Origin: a virus
Lineage: Duplodnaviria; Heunggongvirae; Uroviricota; Caudoviricetes
DNA: 64,000 nt
IMG/VR virus record: IMGVR_UViG_3300044796_000394
Reading direction: 5' to 3' (one strand)
Shown piece after piece: positions 9,627 to 19,731 of this stretch. The notes under the pieces are model-generated. The model did not search any database. It saw only the letters and a program-made list of their open reading frames with translations, and had not been told where the DNA came from. A program made the translations under genes and the position numbers. Each line of letters opens with the position of its first letter. Positions within the stretch are counted from its first letter, which is position 1.

Positions 9627-11177
9627 TTACTCAAATGTCAAAACGATATTAGTCGAATCGGGTCGTATAATTTCATAGTAAGCAGCCGAAACCGTATCGC
9701 CCACTTGATCTATATCGGAAGTCGTAAACGTCAAATTGATGCTGCTAATTTCCTTGATGTCAGCTAACGATTGACTGATTTCAACACCCCTCAACGGCTT
9801 GCCATATTCCCAATTGTTCAAAGAGAAAAACAAATTAATCCTCTGAATGACTTTCTGACGAATTTCTTCGGAAAATTTTCTGTAAAACTTATTAACATTT
9901 AAGTCAATCACAGTATCCACGTACTTCACAACACCATCTTTGATACAAAGATAATCGGAAATCATCTTCTTTTCTTCAAAGTAATTGCCCAATTCTACTT
10001 TCATCAAATCGTTTGAAATCATCAAACCATCGGTTCCATCTAAAGACAAGACGTAAAGGTCAATAACGTTACCAGCACAACCACTATTCCTCAATACCGC
10101 TGTGGCTTTTCCGATTTGTCCATTGGTTGCTGTCACAAACAATTCCGCTAAAATTTTATAATCCTCACCAGTTACCGCACGATCCTGTACTTTGTTGTAA
10201 GCAGGCAATTTCCGTCTAATTTCCTCAATACCATCCCCGTCATAACCGAATTCCCCACGGGTGTAATTCGTAATGGTAATAGGTACCGTTACACCGAAAC
10301 CCGGAACAATAAAACCAGATTGAACTACAATCGCACCACTGACGATATTACCACGACTTCCGCCTCCAACTCTGTAGGTAATACCAATTTGCGATCCTTG
10401 ACTTGGAATCGCACCCCCTACACCATCTCCAAATTGAATCGTCACATTATAAGACGAATCAAAAGAAACACGATATTCCTGTCTAGGTTGGCCATCGGTG
10501 AAAAAGTCAACCTGCGTCCAACGAGTACCGTCAACATCAACACGCACAGAATCAAAAAGAACAGGCGATTGTAAAGTCACATAAGCCTGATTGGTTTCAC
10601 CTGTACTGTTAAACTGATCACTGAGAGTTTGACCTTCTAGGCCAATAATAGCAGTATTGGTTAACGAACCTGCAGGAATGATAATATCTTGATCGTATAA
10701 AGGATTGTTCAATGGATCAGCAGGAAACAATTCATAATTAATCGTACCATTAGCACTGCCCGTAGACACACTAAACCCCGCAGGAATTACCATGTCGGTA
10801 GAAAGCAAAGAATTGATCGTGAAGGAAAATAAAGCCCTAGCTGCCAATGGAGGTGTAGGTTGAAATCCAACTTGATTAGCTATACGAAACGCATTTTCAA
10901 TTTCTGATACAGTATCAATAAACAGCTCATTAGCAATTTGATCCATTTTGAATGATAGCATATCAGCACAAAACGCCCAACTCTCCAATAACATTACGCC
11001 AAGATCAGCTTCAAAAAAGTCCGTAAAATCATTGGGGAACCGTTGCTCAACATACAATGCCAATCTGGTTTTGAGCGAATCAAAATCTTGATTAGTATAA
11101 TTAACGCTTGGCAGTACAGTTGGTGCCGAAGTGTTCGATTGCGTTAGCGGATTCAGAGAAATACAATTGTCACTCAT
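9627..11177 (-). CDS. Baseplate wedge subunit (T4 gp6 / gpJ-like)
   Basis: NYTNQDFDSLK, DF.E.D.G..LLE, FGDGVGG.IP, YRVGGG..GN and QDRAVT.EDY motifs. Confidence 0.9.
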   Translation of the reverse strand: MSDNCISLNPLTQSNTSAPTVLPSVNYTNQDFDSLKTRLALYVEQRFPNDFTDFFEADLGVMLLESWAFCADMLSFKMDQIANELFIDTVSEIENAFRIANQVGFQPTPPLAARALFSFTINSLLSTDMVIPAGFSVSTGSANGTINYELFPADPLNNPLYDQDIIIPAGSLTNTAIIGLEGQTLSDQFNSTGETNQAYVTLQSPVLFDSVRVDVDGTRWTQVDFFTDGQPRQEYRVSFDSSYNVTIQFGDGVGGAIPSQGSQIGITYRVGGGSRGNIVSGAIVVQSGFIVPGFGVTVPITITNYTRGEFGYDGDGIEEIRRKLPAYNKVQDRAVTGEDYKILAELFVTATNGQIGKATAVLRNSGCAGNVIDLYVLSLDGTDGLMISNDLMKVELGNYFEEKKMISDYLCIKDGVVKYVDTVIDLNVNKFYRKFSEEIRQKVIQRINLFFSLNNWEYGKPLRGVEISQSLADIKEISSINLTFTTSDIDQVGDTVSAAYYEIIRPDSTNIVLTFE

Positions 11178-11180
11178 AAG

Positions 11181-11609
11181 TTAACTTCCAGATGGCAGAG
11201 GAACTTCTAATACTAAATCCTGAAACTCTGCGATATTATCTTCACTTCTAAACTGGATACGAATTGTTAAAATAGCGTCGCTTTGCGCCAAATCATCGTA
11301 AGGAGAAAGAATAGCTCTATCCCCACCCACAGTAACCTCAATCTGATCTACAGTTACTCTGGGTTCCCATTGATCAATCGAAGATGCGATCATGTCCTTT
11401 GCTCTATCCACTATCAATGCATCATTAGGATCAAAAATCAAATCTTTGAGCGGGGTACCAAAATCTGGCAACATAATCCTCTCGCCCGGACTAGTTAATA
11501 ACAAAATCAACAAATCTGCTTTGATTTGATCTACACCACTACTTCTTGAAAAGTATCCACCGGCTGATTTCTGTATTGGATAAGAAAATCCACGAAATGT
11601 ATTAGTCAT
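11181..11609 (-). CDS. Baseplate wedge/sheath-initiator protein (gp25/GPW family)
   Basis: LLLTSPGERIMLPDFGT and WEPRV motifs. Confidence 0.92.
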   Translation of the reverse strand: MTNTFRGFSYPIQKSAGGYFSRSSGVDQIKADLLILLLTSPGERIMLPDFGTPLKDLIFDPNDALIVDRAKDMIASSIDQWEPRVTVDQIEVTVGGDRAILSPYDDLAQSDAILTIRIQFRSEDNIAEFQDLVLEVPLPSGS

Positions 11610-12027
11610 GTTTTCTTTCTAAGTACGCAATTGCACTTTTGAGAATTTTTACATCATCTTTACAACAAGACAATAAACGATTACATTTATTATGCAAAAT
11701 ACCTCTGATCTTGCCACTAGCATGACAATGATCGACATCTATTTGTGAAATTTCTTGATCTAATTTAACATTACAAATCGGACATAAGTAATTTTGATTT
11801 TTTAATATCACTTCATAATCTGCTAAACTAATTTTGTAAACATGTTTCAACCTCTTATGTTTTGTTCGCTTTCGCAAAACTTCTGGTTGTCGTGTCCGAA
11901 GTCGATGAACATAATTTTTTTCATACACAACGAATTTTTCTTTATTTTTAAGATACCATTTTCGCTGATAAGCACGACGCTCTTCAATTTCTTCTTGTGT
12001 TAAGTCAGAATATTTTTTCCAATTCAT
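11602..12027 (-). CDS. Endonuclease VII-type (HNH-like) free-standing homing endonuclease
   Basis: Basic N-terminal helix followed by CPIC, VDHCH..GKIRGIL..KCN; AT-rich and inserted in the baseplate operon. Confidence 0.85.
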   Translation of the reverse strand: MNWKKYSDLTQEEIEERRAYQRKWYLKNKEKFVVYEKNYVHRLRTRQPEVLRKRTKHKRLKHVYKISLADYEVILKNQNYLCPICNVKLDQEISQIDVDHCHASGKIRGILHNKCNRLLSCCKDDVKILKSAIAYLERKHD

Positions 12028-14114
12028 TGATGATTGTCCTCCGAAGCCGATGCAAATACACGATCACTTAAGCTGTTATATAATAGTTTTTTGTGCGTCG
12101 GATCATTTGGATCAGCCATGACACCAAAGTGAACGAACTGCGTATAAGGACAAACAAATGGATCTTTGCCAACCACTACAGGGTGAACACAAGGAACCTT
12201 ATTCAAAGGCAATTGATTAGGAACACCTCTCGCAGCCGACTCAGCAGCTATCTGTACATTCTCTAACGAACCAGATAATATATTGCTTCCCGTCGTATCA
12301 TCCGGCGGTGGACAATCACGCCCTGCCAACAAATAGATATAACTTTCGCTATGGAACATCGTCAACTTATTATGATTGAAATAGTAATCGCCACTGTTAA
12401 CAATATGCTTGCCAGTAATCTGAACTGATTTATTGCTTGGCGATTCCTTATCTTCCGTACCAACCGCCTCTTCATAATCATCATAAGAGTTAACTACCAA
12501 GTTACCACCAGCACGCAAGAATACCAATCCCGGCCCTTCAGCAGCTTCTTGAAAAATCAAGGTGTGATGTCCACGCTCTTTATTGTCGTATTGTGGAGCC
12601 AACAATTCAATTCGCTGTGTTTGTGTTTCTTCTTGACTACTGGAATCCATCATCATCAATTGTAAACCGTAACCAGACCGCAAAAGTACATATGCTTGAT
12701 CCGCTTTCGCTTGTGGTTCACCACCTTCTTGTCTCGGCAATCCAACTTGTTTATTTCCCTGATCGTGGAATTCCAAGCGATGCTTTGACGTACTTTCCAT
12801 CACAATACCACGCAAATCACCAGCCATTTCAGGATCACTTGTTTTTCCAATCGTGTGATCATAAAACTGCAACCGGTTACCCAAAGCAGTTTCAATTCTA
12901 ATGCCGTTCTTTTCACCACGAATCAAAGTATCCGATTCTTCATCATTCATCTCAAAAACGTGACCAGTTTGCGAACGAAGAAACATCTTCGCTTTGGTCA
13001 TATCAGTACAGCCGAAATCGTAATCCCTGTTCCAAGTTGGTTCGCCTTGCGGTTGATCTACGCTATCATCAATAACAAATTGCCCACCACCAACCGACTG
13101 AATTTGAATACCACTCTGAGGAAGTTCACATTTCGGGTTCTGATATTGGGCCAACGCTTCGGATGCCTGATAAAATCTCATTTCCTCTTGACGCTTATAA
13201 AACTTGTTGGCGAACGGCTCTTCGGTATCATTGGCCTTAACTGTATCACAATCAGTATCTTCGCCATCGCCGTTACAAGGGCTATCAGAACCTGCAGCCG
13301 TAAATCCCCATTGGCCAGCAGGATGTAAATGGTCATCCTTCATCATAAAAATGTTTGTCCGACCACTTGCGATTTCTACACGGCTCCATCGGTGGTTACA
13401 ATTGGCATCACCGTCAACCTGCTTGTAATAGTGCTTACCCGGTGTCTTAAAACCGTACTGGTGAGGATATGTTGCCAACTCTTTCGCATTAGTATCACTG
13501 TCAAAGTCTGTTTTGGTATCCCAATCCTTCATTTGATGATTATCGGTATTCCAAGGCATCTTAACTTGATCGCCTTCATTGGAACCCAACAAATAGCCAT
13601 TACGAGTACCTTCATAGAGTTTATCATATTCCGGCACCACGTAAGACCAAAGATCATGACGACTTTCATCTTCGTTTGTTGGAAGTTGATTATCGTCTGA
13701 GTTGTTGGCAGAAGCCTTGCCACGGGTACGAGTATAAAAAGTTCCAATGTAATATGCTTGGTTTTTATCACCATTTTCACAGAGTAAAGCCAACTTGCTA
13801 CCCGCAGGCGGCACCCACGTTACGCCGCAATCATCAAAGCCGCCAAACGGTGAAACTGGATAAGCCCAAGGTAAACCGCCAATCGGCGTTCCCGGTGCCG
13901 TGAAGAAAGGCGTGAAGTATTGTACTCGGCCTTCAGCTTGTGGATCAAGCGTACTCACACACAAAGCGCTGAACAAACTCGGTGTTGCCGAAGCAGCATA
14001 TTCCATTCGGTGGTTTTGAACCAATTCCGAACGTACAACTTTACGTGTATCAAATGTCGAATCCTGTAAATAGGCTTCGAGCTGTGCTATTCTTTTTTCT
14101 AGTTCTTTTATCAT
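12024..14114 (-). CDS. Baseplate central spike (gp5/VgrG-like OB-fold protein)
   Basis: DP...GRV...LPWA...G..WVPPAGSKL...GD....YYIG OB-fold motif; repeated 'T.G/H..E..D' beta segments; upstream of the gp25-like gene. Confidence 0.8.
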   Translation of the reverse strand: MIKELEKRIAQLEAYLQDSTFDTRKVVRSELVQNHRMEYAASATPSLFSALCVSTLDPQAEGRVQYFTPFFTAPGTPIGGLPWAYPVSPFGGFDDCGVTWVPPAGSKLALLCENGDKNQAYYIGTFYTRTRGKASANNSDDNQLPTNEDESRHDLWSYVVPEYDKLYEGTRNGYLLGSNEGDQVKMPWNTDNHQMKDWDTKTDFDSDTNAKELATYPHQYGFKTPGKHYYKQVDGDANCNHRWSRVEIASGRTNIFMMKDDHLHPAGQWGFTAAGSDSPCNGDGEDTDCDTVKANDTEEPFANKFYKRQEEMRFYQASEALAQYQNPKCELPQSGIQIQSVGGGQFVIDDSVDQPQGEPTWNRDYDFGCTDMTKAKMFLRSQTGHVFEMNDEESDTLIRGEKNGIRIETALGNRLQFYDHTIGKTSDPEMAGDLRGIVMESTSKHRLEFHDQGNKQVGLPRQEGGEPQAKADQAYVLLRSGYGLQLMMMDSSSQEETQTQRIELLAPQYDNKERGHHTLIFQEAAEGPGLVFLRAGGNLVVNSYDDYEEAVGTEDKESPSNKSVQITGKHIVNSGDYYFNHNKLTMFHSESYIYLLAGRDCPPPDDTTGSNILSGSLENVQIAAESAARGVPNQLPLNKVPCVHPVVVGKDPFVCPYTQFVHFGVMADPNDPTHKKLLYNSLSDRVFASASEDNHQ

Positions 14115-15683
14115 TTATTTTGATCCACCATCTGGTGCTTTAACTGAAAGATCTTGTCCCGGTGTTAACATTCTTAATTTGAAGGTTGTAGTGAAAGAGC
14201 CGGGCTGAATACTATGAGAGACACCTTCAATCATCCAACTCTCATTAGAAAGAACAGAATTGCACGTTTCTATACCAGTACTCCAACGGCAATTATCTTT
14301 AATTGTGAATGGATTGATAACAATCACATTGACGAAACGATTCAACAAGAATAAAGGCATACTCATATTCGGGTTGCCTTGAATCGTCAATTCCGCCGTA
14401 ATACCGCCACCAAATACGATATTGGCGAGATTGTTCATATAAGTACAATTATAAGAATAACGCATCGCAGCGTTGATTCTTGTAGCCACTTCACCTTCCT
14501 GCATAACAATAGAAAGGATATTACCCAACGACATATTGTCAGTACCCTTACCATACAACTGAGGTTGAGACTGCTTATCATTAATTCCATCGGCTGGCCC
14601 TTTAGCCACCATGATCTTAGCTTGTGCACCACCTGCCGTTCCACCAACGCTATAAGCAGTTTGTCCACCTGCCCACTGAATACTCGGCTGAAAGCGAATT
14701 ACAGGGCTACAGTTGCCGCCACCAACCACATAAGTACCAATACTGTATTTGGCATACGACGTTACAGCTTGTAAGTGATCAGGAATATCACACATACATA
14801 TCAGGCGTGCTGGTTTGGTTGGTTCGTAGAAAAGCTTAATACCTTTTCCCGATTTCCCATCATCACACAATACAGTACGACACCACTCCATAATACATTC
14901 CAAAACCCTACGATTTTTACCTTCCCATTTGCGAATCGGCCCTTTAGTCTTAACATCCGGATTAGGATCATTTTTAGAATCAAATGTAAAAGGAACTGAA
15001 GTTGTCGGGCTGGTGAATTTCTTGAATTCTACCTTCAAATCACGGTCTTGAAATAACTGTGAAATCGCATCAGTCAAATGCATCGGCTTTTCATCAGTAC
15101 CAAAAACACCCTTCACTGCCGATTGTTGTAAATCCTGTAACATATCGATACAGTTAATAGTGTATTTGACCAAGCCACCCGAATAACTGAGGGTTACTTT
15201 TTCAATCAAAAACAAGAGTTCCGGACTACTCAAACCGGCTTCTTGTGATAATGGGTTAACTTCTTTAGGTGCTGGCCCCGGCCCTACTATACTTCCATCA
15301 CAATCGTTTGCAATCCAACCGAATCTTACAGATAAAAATGTACCTGCTGATGTACCACCACGGTTCAACTTTTCAAAAATAGTGGCAAACGATCCCGCTT
15401 CCTCATCCACAATTTCAATATCACAGCCAGCACCATTCGCTGAACCATAATGAAACGATTTGACTACCGCCGGTCTGGACTTATTGCCTACGCTAATAGT
15501 TGTTTGAATGCCCAAAACCGTGTCTACGTACTCACGAAGGATTGCTACGGCTGTTGGGCCAGAGTTTCCATCGGTTACCTTAACTATAACGAAAGGTGCC
15601 AGTACGGGCTGCTTGAGGGCAGTGTGGACAACGCCATTCTGCTTCTTTTGCCCACACAAACCCGTCAAAAAGCAATCGCTCAT
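14115..15683 (-). CDS. Baseplate hub protein (gp27/gpD-like)
   Basis: VRFGW, AELTIQGNP and C-terminal W.IEGVSHSI.PGSFTTTFKL motifs; positioned between gp53-like and gp5-like genes. Confidence 0.7.
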   Translation of the reverse strand: MSDCFLTGLCGQKKQNGVVHTALKQPVLAPFVIVKVTDGNSGPTAVAILREYVDTVLGIQTTISVGNKSRPAVVKSFHYGSANGAGCDIEIVDEEAGSFATIFEKLNRGGTSAGTFLSVRFGWIANDCDGSIVGPGPAPKEVNPLSQEAGLSSPELLFLIEKVTLSYSGGLVKYTINCIDMLQDLQQSAVKGVFGTDEKPMHLTDAISQLFQDRDLKVEFKKFTSPTTSVPFTFDSKNDPNPDVKTKGPIRKWEGKNRRVLECIMEWCRTVLCDDGKSGKGIKLFYEPTKPARLICMCDIPDHLQAVTSYAKYSIGTYVVGGGNCSPVIRFQPSIQWAGGQTAYSVGGTAGGAQAKIMVAKGPADGINDKQSQPQLYGKGTDNMSLGNILSIVMQEGEVATRINAAMRYSYNCTYMNNLANIVFGGGITAELTIQGNPNMSMPLFLLNRFVNVIVINPFTIKDNCRWSTGIETCNSVLSNESWMIEGVSHSIQPGSFTTTFKLRMLTPGQDLSVKAPDGGSK

Positions 15684-16006
15684 ACTATAGAAGGTACCCT
15701 CAAAACTGTACCGATTTTGAGATCGAATACATCGGTGATGTTATTGGCTTCCATGATTTTCCACCAATAACCAATTAATTGTTTGCCGTAAGCTTTCTGG
15801 GCAATCCTATCAGGACGATATTGTAATCCTGCATTGATAATCAAAAACTTATCATTTGAAGTTTTCGTTACTGGACTTCTCTTGTAAGTCTTGAATGTCA
15901 AAATTCGCTTATCGCTCCAATAAACCACTTCGGAATTCAGGTAACGACTTGAATTCGATACGAATTGACTTGCTTTTTGCTCCGCTGGTTCTATTGAGTT
16001 TGCCAT
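15680..16006 (-). CDS. Baseplate wedge protein, gp53/LysM-like
   Basis: YRPDRIAQKAYG...WWKIMEANNI.D..DLK.G.VLRVP motif. Confidence 0.85.
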   Translation of the reverse strand: MANSIEPAEQKASQFVSNSSRYLNSEVVYWSDKRILTFKTYKRSPVTKTSNDKFLIINAGLQYRPDRIAQKAYGKQLIGYWWKIMEANNITDVFDLKIGTVLRVPSIV

Positions 16007-16009
16007 ATG

Positions 16010-16546
16010 TTAACTTATGATTTTATCTCTGCCGGGGAGATTGGTACTTGCGAAAACGGCTTCCCATTCCATCTCAACTGAAAACTTATAAGGGAGATAA
16101 GTTTCTTCGTCCCATCCCACTTCGGTAGGATAAGACACAGCATAACGTCTTAGTACGGCGCAAATCGCCTCATCTTTACCAGTAGCAAAAAGTCTCTTAC
16201 AGGACAATTTACAAATCGCAGGCGGGGCATATGGCGTTGAACCATTGGCCGATTGGTCGTATGGATAAACACAACTTTGAATAGCCTTCAATCCATTGAC
16301 TGCCTCTGTACGAGTTTGAGCATTAATAATTAAGAAATGCCAACGTACTGAAAAAACACGATTATCAGCATGAGAGAAAGTTTTAATTGGAAAAGAACGA
16401 CCTATAACCACTTCATCAGTATAAGATGCGGATTTAGAGTCGCTGATCTCCGGTAAGATTCTTGGAATTAATGTACCAGCCCCCGGAATGGATATAGTGC
16501 ATCCTTCGATCTGTGTCAATAGACCATTTGCATCTGTTGCTTTCAT
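16010..16546 (-). CDS. Tail tube initiator / tube-like baseplate protein
   Basis: EISDSKSASY....IGRS.P...F, VYP.Y....Y.PP.IC.L pattern; precedes the LysM and hub genes as in contractile tails. Confidence 0.65.
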   Translation of the reverse strand: MKATDANGLLTQIEGCTISIPGAGTLIPRILPEISDSKSASYTDEVVIGRSFPIKTFSHADNRVFSVRWHFLIINAQTRTEAVNGLKAIQSCVYPYDQSANGSTPYAPPAICKLSCKRLFATGKDEAICAVLRRYAVSYPTEVGWDEETYLPYKFSVEMEWEAVFASTNLPGRDKIIS

Positions 16547-16572
16547 ATACTTCCGTTAGTAATAGGCTACAA

Positions 16573-17418
16573 TTATTGAGAAAGACCTATCAAATTACCC
16601 TGCCATGTCTGGGAATTGACAGGCGACGAGGGTGAACAAACCAATCTAATAGTTTGATTTGCGGGCAATGTGATCGATTGCCCCAATATAACGATGTCTT
16701 TGCCAAGGCCCATACTCGTTAATTGTGATGTATATAGTTTGGTACCTGCAGGACTCTCTAAAGAAACTTTGCCAAAAACCATGCTATAAGAAGTCATCTC
16801 TGACCAAACGTAACTACTCCAGCCAGATAAGACAAAAGATTTGGATGGCGTATAGCTTACAATGACCTGATCCGCATCAGAGCTACTGGTAATTAATTCA
16901 TTAGTTTGACAATTTGGTGATAAAGGAGTAGAACACGTAACGATAGCTCCACCGTCGGAAACTTTTATGGGTGCATAGGCACCATCATCAGTAATACCAA
17001 AATTGACCGCCCTTGTCGCTTCTGAAACGGTTTTGGCCGAAACACCGGAGGCAATAGACGTTCTACCACCATCTATAACTGATGTAGAGTACGTCGTTTG
17101 AAGCCTGAAATACTCTTGATCTTCGACTCCGTTAATGTATTGAATTCTAAAATATCTACCCCGTGGCCCTGATGAAGTATAATTACCATCACTCAAATCC
17201 AAAGTAGGAACTGGAAACGATCTATCAATGTCAATACCGTCAGTAGAAAATTGATAATTAAGCAAACCGCCTACATTGGTTCGCCATAGAGTATACAAAA
17301 TGGCAGACTGAGAAACATCTTCCCATTTGCCCACAAAAATTTCATTGGCCAACAATGGTTGAAACGTAGTATTATCAATAGAAAACGTGACATTGGAAGA
17401 TATGTTGGTAAATGGCAT
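16573..17418 (-). CDS. Putative virion decoration/fibre-associated protein
   Basis: Start refined to MPFTNISSN (coupled to the upstream stop); RYFRIQYING..DQ.YFRLQT beta-sandwich motif. Confidence 0.55.
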   Translation of the reverse strand: MPFTNISSNVTFSIDNTTFQPLLANEIFVGKWEDVSQSAILYTLWRTNVGGLLNYQFSTDGIDIDRSFPVPTLDLSDGNYTSSGPRGRYFRIQYINGVEDQEYFRLQTTYSTSVIDGGRTSIASGVSAKTVSEATRAVNFGITDDGAYAPIKVSDGGAIVTCSTPLSPNCQTNELITSSSDADQVIVSYTPSKSFVLSGWSSYVWSEMTSYSMVFGKVSLESPAGTKLYTSQLTSMGLGKDIVILGQSITLPANQTIRLVCSPSSPVNSQTWQGNLIGLSQ

Positions 17419-17744
17419 TAAATGAGCTCCGTTATCTGAGCGTTTCCTTGAGCGTCTTCCCAAATTCCATAAATATCACCAACAAAAACAGTCGTCGGCA
17501 TCTCATAGGTTGAACTAGGCAAAAGCAAAGCAGTAAACGATTCATTCGTTACGCCATTGCCAAACTTAATGTTTAATTTAAACAATGACTGATTATAAAT
17601 AATCACGCCCTTACGTGACGCATTGGCAGGCACCAAAAGCGTTTCCGAAGAATTAGCCGCTACGGAATTCACATTACACATCAAAGATGTCGTACCGGAA
17701 ATCTGAACAACAACATTGCCGGGACTATAATACTGGCCACCCAT
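17418..17744 (-). CDS. Small putative virion protein
   Basis: LVPANASRKGVIIYNQS...G.IYGIW motif common in small phage decoration proteins. Confidence 0.6.
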   Translation of the reverse strand: MGGQYYSPGNVVVQISGTTSLMCNVNSVAANSSETLLVPANASRKGVIIYNQSLFKLNIKFGNGVTNESFTALLLPSSTYEMPTTVFVGDIYGIWEDAQGNAQITELI

Positions 17745-18383
17745 TTATGCCTCCGTCCATAAAAATTGAACACCCATTCTCAAACCACTCAATAGTGGCG
17801 TCGCAATTTCAAGCCGCAATTCCCATCCTTCGGCAACACCGGCTCGACAAACAGGGCCGGAAACATCAATGGGAAAATCAAAAATAACACTTGATGTTGT
17901 GTTGCCAATAAATGTACTGGTACAAATATCTGTAGCTGCTCTCGTTGGGGCATTGGCACTAATTCTAACAGTAGCACCAGAAGCAGGCGAAGCGGAATTT
18001 AAAGCCAAAGGCACCAGCGTAGAGCCACCCGGCGTATTATTTTCGGCAGTAATTCTTGTTAATCTCACAGCCATTCTGGTACTGCCGCCGCCAGAATCCG
18101 TGTTAACAACAACCTTTTGTAGATTATAAGTTTTATTCAACGAAGAAGGATGCCACAAATAAGCCAAACTCATTGTGGAATTGACCGATAGTGACAGATT
18201 GGCATAAACGGTAGCTGCGGCATAAGTACTAGTGTCGCCAAAAATAACTACGCCATTATTAACATCTCTAACAACAAGTCCAGCTTCATTTCCCGTAGGA
18301 TCAGAAGTCATAACATCGGCAAAAATAGTACCATCTGTAATCAATACCGGTTCGGCAGATTGTAGTTTCGTAACATCAGACAT
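17745..18383 (-). CDS. Putative virion beta-rich protein
   Basis: Ser/Thr/Ala-rich 212-aa ORF in the structural cluster. Confidence 0.55.
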   Translation of the reverse strand: MSDVTKLQSAEPVLITDGTIFADVMTSDPTGNEAGLVVRDVNNGVVIFGDTSTYAAATVYANLSLSVNSTMSLAYLWHPSSLNKTYNLQKVVVNTDSGGGSTRMAVRLTRITAENNTPGGSTLVPLALNSASPASGATVRISANAPTRAATDICTSTFIGNTTSSVIFDFPIDVSGPVCRAGVAEGWELRLEIATPLLSGLRMGVQFLWTEA

Positions 18384-18395
18384 ATCTTATAAATG

Positions 18396-18421
18396 AAAAA
18401 GGACGGCATTTTGCCGTCCTT
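18396..18421 (-). terminator. Rho-independent terminator
   Basis: AAGGACGGCA-AAA-TGCCGTCCTT followed by a T-run on the - strand, downstream of 18442..19215. Confidence 0.85.
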
Positions 18422-18441
18422 GATCTAATTGTTAATATAAA

Positions 18442-19215
18442 TTAAATTTCGTGTCCGAAAATCGTCGCATAAACGTCTTGCGCAACACCAGCATTATTGG
18501 TAATTCTTACGTTTACCGGAACAGTAAGTGGAATCGGTTGAGCAAAAGTTATATCAAAATTAGGATCAGCAGCACTAAAAAATCCAACCGCAATAACCGT
18601 TTTGCTATCACCATAATCAATCACCACTTTACATGGGGCACCAGAAGCAGCGGCATGAATTTGTTTAAGGTAAAGAGTTTTGGCGGGCGTATATGTAATA
18701 ACGCCTGCAGCACCATTGACCACTGCCGATGCCGAACCAGAGCTAACAATAACACCAGAAGCCACTTCGCCAGTAGTAACCGCAACAGTACCAGATACGG
18801 CAACCGTACCAGATACTACTTGGGTTGATGGGAAGTTTGAAATCGCTACCGTGCTACTTGATGGGAAGTTGGAAATAGCAACAGTTGTAGGGAAGTTAGA
18901 AACTGCTACAGTCCCACTAACCGCTTGCGTAGTAGGAAAGCTTGGAAAGTTAGAAACAGCAATCGTACCACTAACTGCTTGTGTAGTAGGGAAGCTTGGA
19001 AAGTTAGAAACTACTACGGTACCACTTACTGGTTGAGTAGCAGGGAAGTTAGAAATGGCTACTGTGCTGCTTGATGGAAAGTTTGATACCGCAATGGTAC
19101 CACTTACCGGCTGAGTAACCGCTGAGCCGTCAACCTTTAAGGCGGTTCCTACGATAGCTACTGTATTAGTGTTATCGGTTATCTTAATCGGTAACTGTGA
19201 TTGAATATCTGCCAT
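18442..19215 (-). CDS. Repeat-containing fibre-like virion protein (VSGT.AVSNFP repeats)
   Basis: Start MADIQ after a GGAGG Shine-Dalgarno; seven SNFP-containing peptide repeats; has its own terminator. Confidence 0.75.
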   Translation of the reverse strand: MADIQSQLPIKITDNTNTVAIVGTALKVDGSAVTQPVSGTIAVSNFPSSSTVAISNFPATQPVSGTVVVSNFPSFPTTQAVSGTIAVSNFPSFPTTQAVSGTVAVSNFPTTVAISNFPSSSTVAISNFPSTQVVSGTVAVSGTVAVTTGEVASGVIVSSGSASAVVNGAAGVITYTPAKTLYLKQIHAAASGAPCKVVIDYGDSKTVIAVGFFSAADPNFDITFAQPIPLTVPVNVRITNNAGVAQDVYATIFGHEI

Positions 19216-19308
19216 AATACCTCCTTGGAATATCAAATATATATCCTAATTTTGTTCACTTCTATTAATCGGCCTACCATAAGAGTGACCAATCAACGTA
19301 TATAAGCT

Positions 19309-19731
19309 ATGGAACCCTCACAAGACAATAATTCGCTCCCACAAGTTGCTATGAACATCAATGTTCCAGCCGCCGATCCAAAAAGCGAACTCATCAAAGC
19401 TGAACAAATCGTCGGTATGTGTCAGCAAATTGCAGCAGACATCGAAGCCGAAAAAAGTGAAGTTACGGAAACTCTCAACAACTTCGCAGAAATGGTATTT
19501 AACGCTGGTGATGCCACATCTGCCAGCAAAGAAGCTCTAGTTAACCTTTTCAAGTTACGTTCTGATTTGATTGATAAAAAAGCCAGATTAGGTGAAATGA
19601 TGATGAAGGTATTCATGAAAGACGGTATTAAGAGCGTTACTGCTCACCAACACAATGACATCCACATCACAGACAAAGGAAAACTCATCCGAGAACTAAA
19701 TAACTTGGATAAGGAGAATAAAGTACAATGA
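19309..19731 (+). CDS. Hypothetical helical protein
   Basis: First gene of the + strand block; TATATA-agct-ATG upstream. Confidence 0.7.
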   Translation: MEPSQDNNSLPQVAMNINVPAADPKSELIKAEQIVGMCQQIAADIEAEKSEVTETLNNFAEMVFNAGDATSASKEALVNLFKLRSDLIDKKARLGEMMMKVFMKDGIKSVTAHQHNDIHITDKGKLIRELNNLDKENKVQ

